Shown: piece after piece, positions 10,275 to 20,201 of the stretch | Layout: every line of letters begins with the position of its first letter | How positions within the stretch are numbered: the first letter of the stretch is position 1 | From: a virus | DNA length: 64,000 bases | Strand: one strand, 5' to 3' | Virus record (IMG/VR): IMGVR_UViG_3300032217_000845 | Span: 1-64,000 of that record | Notes under the pieces: model-generated | Seen by the model: only the letters and a program-made list of their open reading frames with translations | Database searches by the model: none | What the model was told of the DNA's origin: nothing | Program-made: the position numbers and the translations under genes

Positions 10275-10354
10275 CTATGTCCTTAGTGTCATTGTGTTTT
10301 TTGTACTCTATCAGAACTCTGTTCTGAATGCAACTCTGCTTAGCTACTGCATGT

Positions 10355-10825
10355 TTACGGAATAATCTCAAACTTGTAGATTTCTGAAATCTTTTCATCA
10401 TGCTTGGATGCCTCTTCAAGTAGACGTTGAGCAACATTAGTTAAGTAACGAGCACCGCCATCGTCATACTTATAAAGAGCGTCTAAGACCGCGGTTGGCT
10501 CGTCGCTAACCTGAGCCCAGTATCTGTGCTTCTCTGGAAACACTAGCTCTGCTTCTTGAGTAGGCTTGCATTCTTCGCATGGCAAAGCATCCTTGTGCAG
10601 CTCTTCAAAACTTATCTCAGTAAGGCTGTATCTCTTAACTAGTACGCAGCTTGAGCCGTGAAATACTAGAGATACACCAATTCTAGAAAGTATGTATGAG
10701 CCACTCTCGGTGCGATAAAGTTCAAACTCAATCCATCGGGTTGAGCCCTTACGCCATGACGAAGACTTGCCTAGTAACTTTCCGTTAAATTGGAGTGTCC
10801 TCGCTCCATCTTTAACTTCAATCAC
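10355..10825 (-). CDS. hypothetical protein
   Basis: 156-aa ORF overlapping the upstream gene. Confidence 0.7.
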   Translation of the reverse strand: MIEVKDGARTLQFNGKLLGKSSSWRKGSTRWIEFELYRTESGSYILSRIGVSLVFHGSSCVLVKRYSLTEISFEELHKDALPCEECKPTQEAELVFPEKHRYWAQVSDEPTAVLDALYKYDDGGARYLTNVAQRLLEEASKHDEKISEIYKFEIIP

Positions 10826-11016
10826 TTTTGGTCCTTGGCGTCCTTGTCCTTGGTAGCAGTTAGCTTGTCTAGTTCGGCCTGCAGCAATTCGTTACGCTGA
10901 CGCTCTAGGTTTAAAGCAGCTTCTAGCTCTGCATTTAAGCTGACTGAGCGTGATAACTGCTCTCTGGTAATCTGTAGAACTGCGGTTACATACTCTACGT
11001 TTTGTGTCTCTGACAT
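10822..11016 (-). CDS. small coiled-coil protein
   Basis: Heptad L/E-rich sequence; AGGAGAG RBS upstream. Confidence 0.7.
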   Translation of the reverse strand: MSETQNVEYVTAVLQITREQLSRSVSLNAELEAALNLERQRNELLQAELDKLTATKDKDAKDQK

Positions 11017-11057
11017 TTGTCTCTCCTGTTTATTGGGGTATATCTATGATACACCTA

Positions 11058-11477
11058 TTACTTGTAGCCCATTCGATTTTTGATATCGGTGGTGCTGATT
11101 CCCTCTGTGTAAGGGACATATATTAAGCCTATACCACGTTTGTCAAGCCAATCTTGAGTAAACCCCATTTGTAGGTAGTAATCTTTCCTGGCCCAGTCGG
11201 AGCCGATGATTATGTAATCTGGATGAACCATCTCGATTGCTATCTTGGAATCAGTCCCGCCTACATTTGGCACTACCTGGTCTACCCAGCGGCATGCTAG
11301 TAAAGCTTCTTTACGTTCTTCATAGCTTAGGATTGGCGGTCTACCTTTATAAGATTCGATAAACTCGTCAGTATTTAGGGCTACTACCACTATTCCAATC
11401 TCGGCAGCACGCTTTAGAAGCCTGTAGTGGCCTTTGTGTGGGAGGTCGAAAGTTCCTCCTGTGTAGACTATTGGCAC
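11058..11477 (-). CDS. TagD/RfaE-like cytidylyltransferase
   Basis: GGTFDLPHKGH (HxGH), GSDW, YTEGISTT. Confidence 0.9.
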   Translation of the reverse strand: MPIVYTGGTFDLPHKGHYRLLKRAAEIGIVVVALNTDEFIESYKGRPPILSYEERKEALLACRWVDQVVPNVGGTDSKIAIEMVHPDYIIIGSDWARKDYYLQMGFTQDWLDKRGIGLIYVPYTEGISTTDIKNRMGYK

Positions 11478-12295
11478 TAGATATCCAACTCTTCTATGCT
11501 AGATGCGTTTAGGTATATGCTCAAAGGCTCTACTTTTTCTGGACTATTAGTTCGTACTTTTTGAAAAAACGCGTTATACACGTGTCGAGCTTGACGAGGG
11601 TCCGAGCCTTTTAGAAAAATATAATCAGCAAAAGCGTCCATAACTTTTGCTCCTTCTTTATTTCCGTCTGTATTGTAGCTACTTCCTACTACTGTTGTAA
11701 CTGGGAAGTTTAAGTCTTTATAGACTTTTTTATTACTAAGAATTGCCCATGTGCAGTAGACAACGTCAATAGAGTGTCCAGAATGCATTGTATCAAAGTT
11801 CATAATCCCTTTTGCGAGCATCCACTCATAAAAACCTAAAACTTGAAGAGCAAGTTCTCGCCTCAGCATAACTATGGTTCCGTCAATATGGATGCTTAAA
11901 TGAAGATTGCTGTGCTTACTTGACTCCATTATTGAGGTAGTTCTAGAATCAGGTCCTGTCCAGATTAGGTTTGGTCCAAGCACCCAAATATTATTATCCT
12001 GCTCCATTAGCTCGGTCAGTCTATTGGTCATTTCGGCGTGACTATCTGTAAACGCATCTCCTGCGTTGAACGAAAAGAGTAGATGGTCTGTATTTTTGAA
12101 GTCTTTGAGTGCGTTGTAAAAGTGTCCGTAGTATCTAACTTTCTCTGCTACTACCCAGTTGCGTCTCTCCTCTGGATTGCTAGTAACGTCAAAAGCAAGA
12201 AAGTCTAGTCCAGCCTTTGTAAGTTGTCTATCAATTTCTACAGAGTTGTGAAGCATTTCGTCCCAGGCTACGAAGTAGGTTTTGCTAGTTGCCAC
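11477..12295 (-). CDS. hypothetical protein, possibly a GT-A-like glycosyltransferase
   Basis: Coupled to the cytidylyltransferase; weak GT-like layout. Confidence 0.45.
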   Translation of the reverse strand: MATSKTYFVAWDEMLHNSVEIDRQLTKAGLDFLAFDVTSNPEERRNWVVAEKVRYYGHFYNALKDFKNTDHLLFSFNAGDAFTDSHAEMTNRLTELMEQDNNIWVLGPNLIWTGPDSRTTSIMESSKHSNLHLSIHIDGTIVMLRRELALQVLGFYEWMLAKGIMNFDTMHSGHSIDVVYCTWAILSNKKVYKDLNFPVTTVVGSSYNTDGNKEGAKVMDAFADYIFLKGSDPRQARHVYNAFFQKVRTNSPEKVEPLSIYLNASSIEELDI

Positions 12296-13491
12296 TACAA
12301 CCTCACTGGGAGAACGCTTAAGTGCTCTCTTGGGTCGAAACTACCGCCAATGACCATTGTTAAGAGGCCAGGTTTTGATTCCATACCTGCACGGTCGCGG
12401 AACCATTCGCTTCCAGGGTCAGTGGTCGGAGCCTGTACCCAGAATCGCTGACTGATATCCATGCACTTAAAGTTGTGGAAATGCCCAGATACCCAGACGT
12501 CTGCGTTACCTAAAGCTGTCTGTCCAGCAGCCTGATTTGCTAGGTACTTTAGCGGGTCACGAGATTGGTGTCCGTGGAATAGTCCAAGCATGCAGCCGTC
12601 AATGTCTACAGTTAAAGTTTGATGTCCCGATGCTGGGTAGCGAAACTCGATGTGTTGCAGTGCCGGGTTCTCTGCACAGGCATCTTGAACTGCTGAGGCA
12701 ATCTCAACATTCCATCCGTCTGCTGGGTCAGCGGCAACTTGACGAGTTACCTCGTCGTGGTTTCCGTTAATTACTGGAACTATCATGCGTTCGGCTAGAG
12801 GAGCAAAAGCTTTAATCTGTGCCATGAGCAGTCGACGTGCAACACGCACCTGTTCAGTGAGTCCAAGGTCAGATGATGCTTGGCCTTGTAGACGTCCACC
12901 CTGTGACACGATTCCTTCTACGTGGTCGCCTGGAAGCCCTAAAACAAGTCCACCAATAGATAAGCCTTGTTTGACTAGCATCTTCTGACGTTCTACGGCT
13001 GCTTCAGTAAGATGCAGGATGCGGGCTACTGATTGCTCGGTGCCTTGACCGTTTGCCTTCTTACCAATCTGCTGGTCGCTAGGGAATACTGCGTAAGAAC
13101 CATCTCCAGTTGCAGCTTTTAATCCACGCTCTGGACGCCACTTCTTAATCTCGTCTACGAGCTTTTCTGCATCTAAGCGGTCAGCAAGTGCAACTTTTGC
13201 TGGTACAACATTGACTCGAAGGGACTCAAGATATTCGCCATCATACTTCTGCCACTTACCTCTACGTACCGATGTAACTTCCCAGTCGTCTGGATTCAAG
13301 TCAAAGTCAACTAGAATCTGACGAGCGTCTTGAGGCTGCCCTGGGGTATGTGGTTCAGAAATAATAAAACCACCAGAAAGGTCATCAACATCCATACGTG
13401 GACGCCAAGATTCTGGTGTGTTTAGGTTTTTGATGTCTGACCCGGATTTACCCGGGCTGACTAACTTGTCAAACTTATCTGAGAGGCTCAT
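12295..13491 (-). CDS. metallophosphoesterase/Mre11-like nuclease
   Basis: SDQQIG, GDHVEG, GNHD, FHGH, GHFH motifs. Confidence 0.85.
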   Translation of the reverse strand: MSLSDKFDKLVSPGKSGSDIKNLNTPESWRPRMDVDDLSGGFIISEPHTPGQPQDARQILVDFDLNPDDWEVTSVRRGKWQKYDGEYLESLRVNVVPAKVALADRLDAEKLVDEIKKWRPERGLKAATGDGSYAVFPSDQQIGKKANGQGTEQSVARILHLTEAAVERQKMLVKQGLSIGGLVLGLPGDHVEGIVSQGGRLQGQASSDLGLTEQVRVARRLLMAQIKAFAPLAERMIVPVINGNHDEVTRQVAADPADGWNVEIASAVQDACAENPALQHIEFRYPASGHQTLTVDIDGCMLGLFHGHQSRDPLKYLANQAAGQTALGNADVWVSGHFHNFKCMDISQRFWVQAPTTDPGSEWFRDRAGMESKPGLLTMVIGGSFDPREHLSVLPVRL

Positions 13492-13790
13492 TCGCTAGTC
13501 TTTCTGCTGCAGCCGCACTCGGCTCTACGGTGTCGGTCTACTGCACTATTAGATGTGTCAAAACCCTCTTCGCGAAGAACTCTGGCAATAGTTGCGTTGT
13601 TCAAACGATTAGGGGTATCTTCGGGCGTGTCAAGCATCTCTTTGAGAGCTTTTCGGTCATCTTCGGAAAGTTGAGTGCCGTGGATGATTGAGCCAATTTT
13701 GCACAGTGATGCGCGTTTAGGTGCATTGCTAGCTTCTGCTAGCTTGTCTGCAAGCGACATAACGTTCCTTTCGTACTTCGTCTTTGTCAT
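13488..13790 (-). CDS. hypothetical protein (HTH-like with C-terminal HRRxxCxC)
   Basis: IARVLREEG...AVDRHRRAECGC; real start probably the second Met, after a GAAAGGAA RBS. Confidence 0.65.
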   Translation of the reverse strand: MTKTKYERNVMSLADKLAEASNAPKRASLCKIGSIIHGTQLSEDDRKALKEMLDTPEDTPNRLNNATIARVLREEGFDTSNSAVDRHRRAECGCSRKTSE

Positions 13791-13829
13791 TTGTAATTCT
13801 ACTACAGCTAGTTGCTATTTGTGTCTTAT

Positions 13830-14192
13830 CTAACTAGCTTTTTTTCTAACTCTTTTTTTTGGCATCACTGACACTGATTGTTCTGTTTCATCAACATACA
13901 CAAAAGTTGGGTTATTTGCAATTAAAATCTGCTTGATAAACTTGACTTCAGTTGACGTTTCTTTAGCCATTTCTGATGTTTGATGCACTCGGTCGGCTAG
14001 CGAGCTGCCTCCATTTGGCCAGAGCTGATGCTCGACTCGGTCCAATCTGTCCGAGATAGTGCGACCCTTTTCGTCTAAACCAATCGAGTTGCTGATTGTT
14101 CGTGCTAGTCTATACACAGCAATAATGCCACCAATGATTACACCTAACGCGGTGATTACTGCTGCAGTGGTAAAAATAATGTCTATAGGCAT
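13830..14192 (-). CDS. single-pass membrane protein (holin-associated type)
   Basis: N-terminal TM helix, then LWPNGGSSLAD and a basic tail. Confidence 0.6.
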   Translation of the reverse strand: MPIDIIFTTAAVITALGVIIGGIIAVYRLARTISNSIGLDEKGRTISDRLDRVEHQLWPNGGSSLADRVHQTSEMAKETSTEVKFIKQILIANNPTFVYVDETEQSVSVMPKKRVRKKAS

Positions 14193-14388
14193 CGGTTATA
14201 CTGGTATCTCTGGTAGGAGCAATTAGGTTTGCTTCTATAATTCTACCCTAGTAGGGTCGCCCTGATTCGGCAGGTTGTTAGGTCAACCACTCTCGGTCAG
14301 TTTGTGCTTTTGCACACAAAATTGTCGTTTCAACTTGCAATCGGTTTACTTTCGTGTATGCTGATGCCAGTAGATTTTAGGAGAGAAC

Positions 14389-16995
14389 ATGTCGGACTGG
14401 GACTCATCGGGTAACGGAAGATTAGCTAAAGGTGCCGCTTGGTATGCCTCTAAAGGGTGGAGAGTATTGCCATGCCACGGTGTTGCCGAGGGTGGACGAT
14501 GCACATGTAGTCAGCCTCACGGTGAGCCTAAAGATGTGGGTAAGCACCCAGCTATTCGTGAGTGGAATATCAACGCCACTTCTGATTTGTCGACTGTTGC
14601 TGGCTGGTGGGAACGCAATCCTGACTATAACGTTGGTGTTTTTTGTGGACCATCTGGATTCCTTGTAATCGATGTTGACCCTCGCTCTGACGGCCTTGAA
14701 TCATTTGAAAAGTTTGAAGAGCTTCTAGATGGCTCACTTCCTGCAACTGTTGAAGCCGAAACTGGCGAGTACATGCACAAGGGAGTAATTGTTCGTGGAC
14801 GTCACCTCTACTTTAAGTGTGACCCTGAAGAGCAGTTTGTCGGTAACCTCATCAAAAACGGCCTTAAGGGTATTGACATCAAGCACAACGGGTATGTGCT
14901 TATTGCTCCTAGCCGACACTTTTCTGGTACTTCTTATGACTGGAAGCCAGGTCACGCTCCTTGGGAAATGGAGATGGCAGATGCTCCAGAAGAACTTCTA
15001 CAAGCAATCCGTAAGAAGACTCGCCGTGGTACTGGTACTAGTTATGGCGAAGGCAGCTGGGAATGGCTAGGAGAACTGGATTTCAAGGGTGAAAAAGTTG
15101 ACATTCAGAACATGCTTGAAGAGGGCATTAATGAGGGGTCTCGTGCAGTAGACGTTTACAAGCTTGCATGTGCTTTAGCTAACAAGTTTGGTACAAGTCC
15201 TGAATCACAGATGATGATTGAGACAATGATGATTCGTTTCAACCATGAAAAGGTTCGTCCTCCGATGGAACTTGAGGGGCAGAACTCGCTTCTTATGCAC
15301 ACTCGTCGTGCCATTGAGTTTGTAGCTAACAATCCTAAGAGCAATAGACTTTGGCCTGGAATTGACGACTGGGAAAAGGGTCGTCAATGGGCTCAAGATA
15401 TCTCTAGTCCTGAGGTCCAGGCTCAGATTGCTGGTTCAGTGTCTTCTATTCCTAATGTTGTTGGCAATACAATTACTAACCTTGTTGAGTCTGGTATGTC
15501 TTTAGAAGAGGCTACTAGCAACGACAACATTGACATTCCTGATGACCCTGACTCGCTAGATGAATCTAAGGGCGGTCGTCCCGGATTCCGCTCGCTAACT
15601 GATATGGGTAATGGTCGTCGTCTAGTAGATGCTTATGGTTCTGCAATTCGATACACTCCTGGCCTTGGTTGGTTTCGCTGGGATGGTAACTACTGGAAGC
15701 CAGACCTAGAAAGCCTGGAACTGCAAGAGATTGCAAAGAACGTTGCTACTGTTATTGCTGCTGAAGTTAGCAATCACGATGACCAAGATAAGAAGACTGA
15801 AATCTTGAAGTGGGCATATCAGACTAAGTCCAATAGCCGAATCAAGAACATGACTGTCAGTGCCAATTCTGACAAGAGAATCCTTGTCGGTGTTGACCAG
15901 TGGGATAGTGATGACAACTTACTTGGTGTTCAGAATGGTGTTATTGACCTCAAGACTGGCGAACTACTAAAGGGTCAGCCAAACCTATACATTACTCGTC
16001 GTGCGCCAGTTGCTTACACTGCTGGTATTCGTAACCCACGCTGGGAGCAGTTCATTGACTTTGCTACTGGTGGAGATAAAGAACTTCAGGACTGGCTACA
16101 GCGTGCTGTTGGCTACACACTCACAGGTAAGAAAAACCACGACCTTATGTTTCTGGTCTATGGTCCTCCGGGCTCTGGTAAGAACACTTTTGTTGAAGCA
16201 ATCGTTAAAGCACTTGGCACTCAGCAATATTCTTGGCCACTTGACTCTAGCGTTCTTGCTGCTGGAGACGGAGCGGCTAACCGCTCTGATGAATACCACT
16301 GGGCTCAGTTGCGTGGTCGTCGCATGGTTTGGGTTGACGAGCTCCCAGAGTCCGAGCGTCTCAAGGAGAACTCGGTCAAGAAGTTGACTGGTTCATCTGA
16401 AATCTCGGCGCGTTCTCCAGGTGAACAGCCATTTACTTTCCAGGCTCAGGCGAAGTTGTGGGTAACTACTAACCACCGTCCTACTATTACTGATGACGCT
16501 ATGTGGCGTCGTCTACGCCCAATCCCACTTGGTAATGTTCCAGAAAAACCAGACCCAGATTTGAAGGCTTATCTATTTGACCCTGAGGGCGGGCTTCCTT
16601 CGGTATTGGCGTGGGCTGTAGAGGGTGCTATCAAGTACCTAAACTCAAGTGCAAAAGACCCGCTAGCTATGTGTACAGCAGTTGCAGAGGCAGCCTCTGT
16701 ATATCGTAAGAATGAAGACCGTATTGGACTATTTCTTGAGGAAGAGACTGCAGTGTCTGAGGGCACTTCTCTTGGAGTCAAGGCCCTTTACACTATTTAC
16801 AAAATGTGGACTGAAGAACGTGGAGAACGCTCCCTATCTCAGACCAACTTCCAGCGTCGTTTAGCGGACCGTGGAGTCAAGATTGAGGGTCAGGGTTCTC
16901 GTGCCATGATTATCGGTCGTATTATGGTTCCCCGTGCTGTTCCTAGTTCTGAGGTTGACTGGGGTACTGCGACACGCTTTGCTAAGAATTTTTAA
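14389..16995 (+). CDS. bifunctional primase-polymerase fused to D5/P4-type SF3 helicase
   Basis: Prim-Pol N-terminus (VLPCH, KHP, VIDVD, GRHLYF, GYVLIAPS); D5_N (TDMGNGRRL); Walker A GPPGSGKNT. Confidence 0.93.
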   Translation: MSDWDSSGNGRLAKGAAWYASKGWRVLPCHGVAEGGRCTCSQPHGEPKDVGKHPAIREWNINATSDLSTVAGWWERNPDYNVGVFCGPSGFLVIDVDPRSDGLESFEKFEELLDGSLPATVEAETGEYMHKGVIVRGRHLYFKCDPEEQFVGNLIKNGLKGIDIKHNGYVLIAPSRHFSGTSYDWKPGHAPWEMEMADAPEELLQAIRKKTRRGTGTSYGEGSWEWLGELDFKGEKVDIQNMLEEGINEGSRAVDVYKLACALANKFGTSPESQMMIETMMIRFNHEKVRPPMELEGQNSLLMHTRRAIEFVANNPKSNRLWPGIDDWEKGRQWAQDISSPEVQAQIAGSVSSIPNVVGNTITNLVESGMSLEEATSNDNIDIPDDPDSLDESKGGRPGFRSLTDMGNGRRLVDAYGSAIRYTPGLGWFRWDGNYWKPDLESLELQEIAKNVATVIAAEVSNHDDQDKKTEILKWAYQTKSNSRIKNMTVSANSDKRILVGVDQWDSDDNLLGVQNGVIDLKTGELLKGQPNLYITRRAPVAYTAGIRNPRWEQFIDFATGGDKELQDWLQRAVGYTLTGKKNHDLMFLVYGPPGSGKNTFVEAIVKALGTQQYSWPLDSSVLAAGDGAANRSDEYHWAQLRGRRMVWVDELPESERLKENSVKKLTGSSEISARSPGEQPFTFQAQAKLWVTTNHRPTITDDAMWRRLRPIPLGNVPEKPDPDLKAYLFDPEGGLPSVLAWAVEGAIKYLNSSAKDPLAMCTAVAEAASVYRKNEDRIGLFLEEETAVSEGTSLGVKALYTIYKMWTEERGERSLSQTNFQRRLADRGVKIEGQGSRAMIIGRIMVPRAVPSSEVDWGTATRFAKNF

Positions 16996-17122
16996 AAACA
17001 CGTCTTCTAAACTGGATTAGACTAAGACATGCTATAGAATACAAGTGTGCACTCTGGGGAGAGGCACAAATGGGGGTTGGTTGTCCCAGCTTCCAACCCC
17101 CTACTAAATACCTAGGAGAGTT

Positions 17123-17926
17123 ATGAAAATTTGCATCGCAACCCCGATGTATGGCGGAAACGCTAAAAGTATGTATGTTGCATCCCTGATTGAGCTTCTA
17201 AATACATTGGCTACAAACGGTCATCAAGTATTTCAGACTGTAATCACCAATGAAAGCTTGATTACCAGAGCTAGAAACTCTCTTGTTCACGAGTTTCTAA
17301 AGTCAGATGCTGATGCAATCCTTTTCATAGATGCAGACCATGGATTTATTGCTGAGAACATTCTTCGCATGGTTGAGTCTGGTAAAGATTTGATTGGCGG
17401 CATATACCCGATGAAGGCTATCAACTGGGGAAATGTTCGCAAAGCTGCCTTAGCTGGTAAAGAAAATCTAGAAGACTACGCTGGCTATTTTGCTGTCAAC
17501 TTTTTAAGTGAGGCTCAGACGTTTCAATATTACGAGCCGTTCAAAGTTCGTGACGTTGGTACTGGGATGATGTTTATCACTCGTAAAGTGTTTGAAGACT
17601 TAAAGCCTGTATGCAAACAGTACAGAAATAACTCAATTAACAATGGCAAGATTGAAGATGCCTACATTACCGAGTATTTTACAACAATGATTGACCCAGA
17701 TGGTGATGTTCTTTTATCTGAAGACTATGCATTCTGTTATATGTGGCGTCAACTTGGTAATGATGTGTATGCTGCCCCTTGGGTAAGGTTGACCCATGCT
17801 GGTGATTACAACTTTGCTGGCAGCTTCTTGAGCATGTTAGAAGCTAACGAGTGGTCAGATGTACCTAATTCTGTTCCAGTAGATTCTTCACCGTCGTCGG
17901 ATACCACTTCCGAAGATTCTGAGTAG
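17123..17926 (+). CDS. GT-A-like glycosyltransferase
   Basis: IATPMYGG, ESLITRARN, FIDAD (DxD), GTGMMFI, LSEDYAFC. Confidence 0.8.
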   Translation: MKICIATPMYGGNAKSMYVASLIELLNTLATNGHQVFQTVITNESLITRARNSLVHEFLKSDADAILFIDADHGFIAENILRMVESGKDLIGGIYPMKAINWGNVRKAALAGKENLEDYAGYFAVNFLSEAQTFQYYEPFKVRDVGTGMMFITRKVFEDLKPVCKQYRNNSINNGKIEDAYITEYFTTMIDPDGDVLLSEDYAFCYMWRQLGNDVYAAPWVRLTHAGDYNFAGSFLSMLEANEWSDVPNSVPVDSSPSSDTTSEDSE

Positions 17927-18524
17927 GAATCTCGTCACGGTTTAGACCATCGGCAATTGTTTTAAACGAAGCCCCTGAAGCTCTTTCAGACAGAACTCTC
18001 TGTTTGATTTCTTCAGGGGTTTTGTTCTTTGGTCCCATGTCTACGCCCCAAACGATGCCGCGAGCTCTGCGGTCTTTGTGGACATCACGTTGACGCTCAG
18101 CGATAATTCCACGCTCCATCTCCGCCAGGGCAGACATGATTGTCACAACAAAGCGACCTTGATAGCTGGAGGTGTCTAGGTTTAGGTCTAGCATCACAAG
18201 ACGCCAACCATTCTTATTAGCTCGGTCTACTATGCTCAAGAAGTCTTGAGTGGAGCGAGCTAGGCGGTCGATGCGGGTAACAAAAAGAGCCTGTGCTTCA
18301 CCAGCATCTAAACGCTTCAAAGTTTCTGTGAGTGCTGGTCGTCCAGAGATAGATTTACCAGAACGGCCTTCTTCACGAACTAGTTCTATCTCGGTAAATC
18401 CAGCTAGCTCGGCTGCTTGTTGAAGCTGTCGCTCTTGTACGTCAAGGGATACGCCATCGTTCACCTGCAGCTGTGTAGATACACGGGCATACAGTAGGGC
18501 TAATCCAAGGTCTTCAGTAATCAC
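17865..18524 (-). CDS. serine recombinase (resolvase/invertase family)
   Basis: YARVST, SGK, RPAL, RIDRLARS, AEMERGII; C-terminal HTH. Confidence 0.93.
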   Translation of the reverse strand: MITEDLGLALLYARVSTQLQVNDGVSLDVQERQLQQAAELAGFTEIELVREEGRSGKSISGRPALTETLKRLDAGEAQALFVTRIDRLARSTQDFLSIVDRANKNGWRLVMLDLNLDTSSYQGRFVVTIMSALAEMERGIIAERQRDVHKDRRARGIVWGVDMGPKNKTPEEIKQRVLSERASGASFKTIADGLNRDEIPTQNLRKWYPTTVKNLLEQN

Positions 18525-18531
18525 TTACTAA

Positions 18532-19425
18532 TTATAGTTTGTGTAGCAAGTCCCCTACTCGGGCCTCTAACCCTCGAATGGTGTTGGAGTTATCAATGAC
18601 TTTGTCAAACTGATAATCGTTTAAAGCATGCTCTGACGCGTGGTCATTTGCTGCTTCTACTCCAGGTCTGAGTACACGCCACACTTTGCCTCCTAGTTTT
18701 CTGACTGCATCCGCCTCGTTAGGGTATCTTACATCAGAGAACACTGCTTTGGCTCCGTCTGGAATCTGTTTAATTGCGGCATTTACCCAAAAGTCGCTGC
18801 CGAACATTTCTCTACCAACTTCTGTCCCAAATCGTTGAAGCAGTCCTCTTACGTCTGGGCTTCTCTCTTTGATGCCGTCCCAGCCGTAAACATCTATACC
18901 CACTCTGAGTGCAGTGTTAGTGATTTCGTTTACAGTAATTCTAGGGTTGAGTCGGTACATTGCTTCTTTCATAGGAGCAGCAAACGACATTTTTGTATAG
19001 CCGTGCGACTCTACTAAGTAATCAGCAACAGTATCTTTACCTGACCTTGCCCAGCCTGCTAGACCAATACAAGTTATTCTAGGCTGTAGTTTTCCGTCTC
19101 TAAGTATTAGTAGTGGTATTCCTAGTGCTTCTGCAACTTGAACTTCGAGCGAAGCACCTTTACTGCTCTTCCAATTTGGCAGTACACATACAGCATCGGA
19201 TAGACAAAGATTAGATAAATCACGCCGCATATAAGAAGACCAAGTAGCCCCATTATTACGAGCGGATATTGCATTTTGTATGGCAGTTTCGAGATTAGCA
19301 CCGTCATTAGTGGCTGGGTTGAGCGTCTCATGTCTTAGTTCCTTTAACTGTTCTTCGGCCTCAAAAAATGCTGGAAAGTTCCAGTCTTCATATCCGGACA
19401 TTGGTCCAGCGATGTAAATCTTCAT
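18532..19425 (-). CDS. DUF4406/nucleoside-deoxyribosyltransferase-like domain fused to a deoxynucleoside monophosphate kinase
   Basis: IYIAGPMSG...W..SKGASLE, then GWARSGKDT, R.LLQ.FGTE.GR, SDVRYPNE, HASE. Confidence 0.85.
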   Translation of the reverse strand: MKIYIAGPMSGYEDWNFPAFFEAEEQLKELRHETLNPATNDGANLETAIQNAISARNNGATWSSYMRRDLSNLCLSDAVCVLPNWKSSKGASLEVQVAEALGIPLLILRDGKLQPRITCIGLAGWARSGKDTVADYLVESHGYTKMSFAAPMKEAMYRLNPRITVNEITNTALRVGIDVYGWDGIKERSPDVRGLLQRFGTEVGREMFGSDFWVNAAIKQIPDGAKAVFSDVRYPNEADAVRKLGGKVWRVLRPGVEAANDHASEHALNDYQFDKVIDNSNTIRGLEARVGDLLHKL

Positions 19426-19724
19426 AGGTCTTCCTCCGATAGGTCGTTGATGTCAATCTCCATGCCTGCTTCTAAATCTTCCATGCGAGTTGCCAGAATA
19501 GCAATATCATACCCGTCCTCGTAGCCAGACACGTATGCTTCCATTTCTTCCTTAGATGCTTCTCGAACAATGAAGTCTATCCCATTAATACCATTCACGG
19601 CTTCAGCGGGTGATGCGGCACCTACATAGGCGTAGTCTTCATCTACTCCTTTTTCTAGGTCAATGTGCTTCCAGTCAACTCGATAAAATTTGTTCTCTTC
19701 GGTGGGCTCTTTGTCGTAATCCAT
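19422..19724 (-). CDS. acidic hypothetical protein
   Basis: 100-aa ORF; TAGGAT -10 box a few nt before the ATG (leaderless). Confidence 0.7.
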   Translation of the reverse strand: MDYDKEPTEENKFYRVDWKHIDLEKGVDEDYAYVGAASPAEAVNGINGIDFIVREASKEEMEAYVSGYEDGYDIAILATRMEDLEAGMEIDINDLSEEDL

Positions 19725-19750
19725 ATCTAAATCCTATACCCAGATAAAGT

Positions 19751-19779
19751 AAAAAGCCACCCGATTGGATGGCTTTTTT
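19751..19779. terminator. bidirectional-type intrinsic terminator hairpin
   Basis: AAAAAGCCA...TGGCTTTTTT. Confidence 0.55.
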
Positions 19780-19821
19780 GTATTCCAGGCTCGCAGTACT
19801 GGATTAATACGGGTTTAGTCT

Positions 19822-20049
19822 ATGGCTCAGATAGGGTCTTGTCAAGCCATGGGATACTTGACTTACAACTTAAAAACGAAGGATGTCATGGCTAGAAGAG
19901 AAGATGACCCTAATGTGTGCAAAATATGCTTAGAGATGTTTGTAGTCCCATCGCTAGCTCGATGCTGCGAGTTGAAACATGACGGAGTTGTGTTTGTGAG
20001 GCCAGAGTATAAACCTCGTCCAGGTCAAAGACCTAAGAAAGAAGACTAG
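19822..20049 (+). CDS. small Cys-containing protein
   Basis: CKIC..MFVVPSLARCCE.KH; probable start at the internal MARR. Confidence 0.55.
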   Translation: MAQIGSCQAMGYLTYNLKTKDVMARREDDPNVCKICLEMFVVPSLARCCELKHDGVVFVRPEYKPRPGQRPKKED

Positions 20050-20192
20050 GCTGAAAGGTTGTCAACTTGCTGCTGCAATGCTTCAACTTTTGCAACAAGC
20101 AGAGTAATAGCTTCGCAAGCTTTTGCCAATGAGTCTGGGTTGATGTAACCATTTTCTTCCCATTCGGTTAGTAGTTGCTTAATCTCTTCCAT
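20046..20192 (-). CDS. small coiled-coil protein downstream of the fibre genes (possible trimerisation chaperone)
   Basis: MEEIKQLLTEW...LVAKVEALQQQVDNLSA, read by hand; below the track cutoff. Confidence 0.55.
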   Translation of the reverse strand: MEEIKQLLTEWEENGYINPDSLAKACEAITLLVAKVEALQQQVDNLSA

Positions 20193-20201
20193 TATTTATC
20201 C

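Noticed and set aside
17865-18524. Integrase indicating a prophage
   Set aside because: At 219 aa it lacks the large C-terminal recombinase/zinc-ribbon region of serine integrases, and no host genes or att junction are visible
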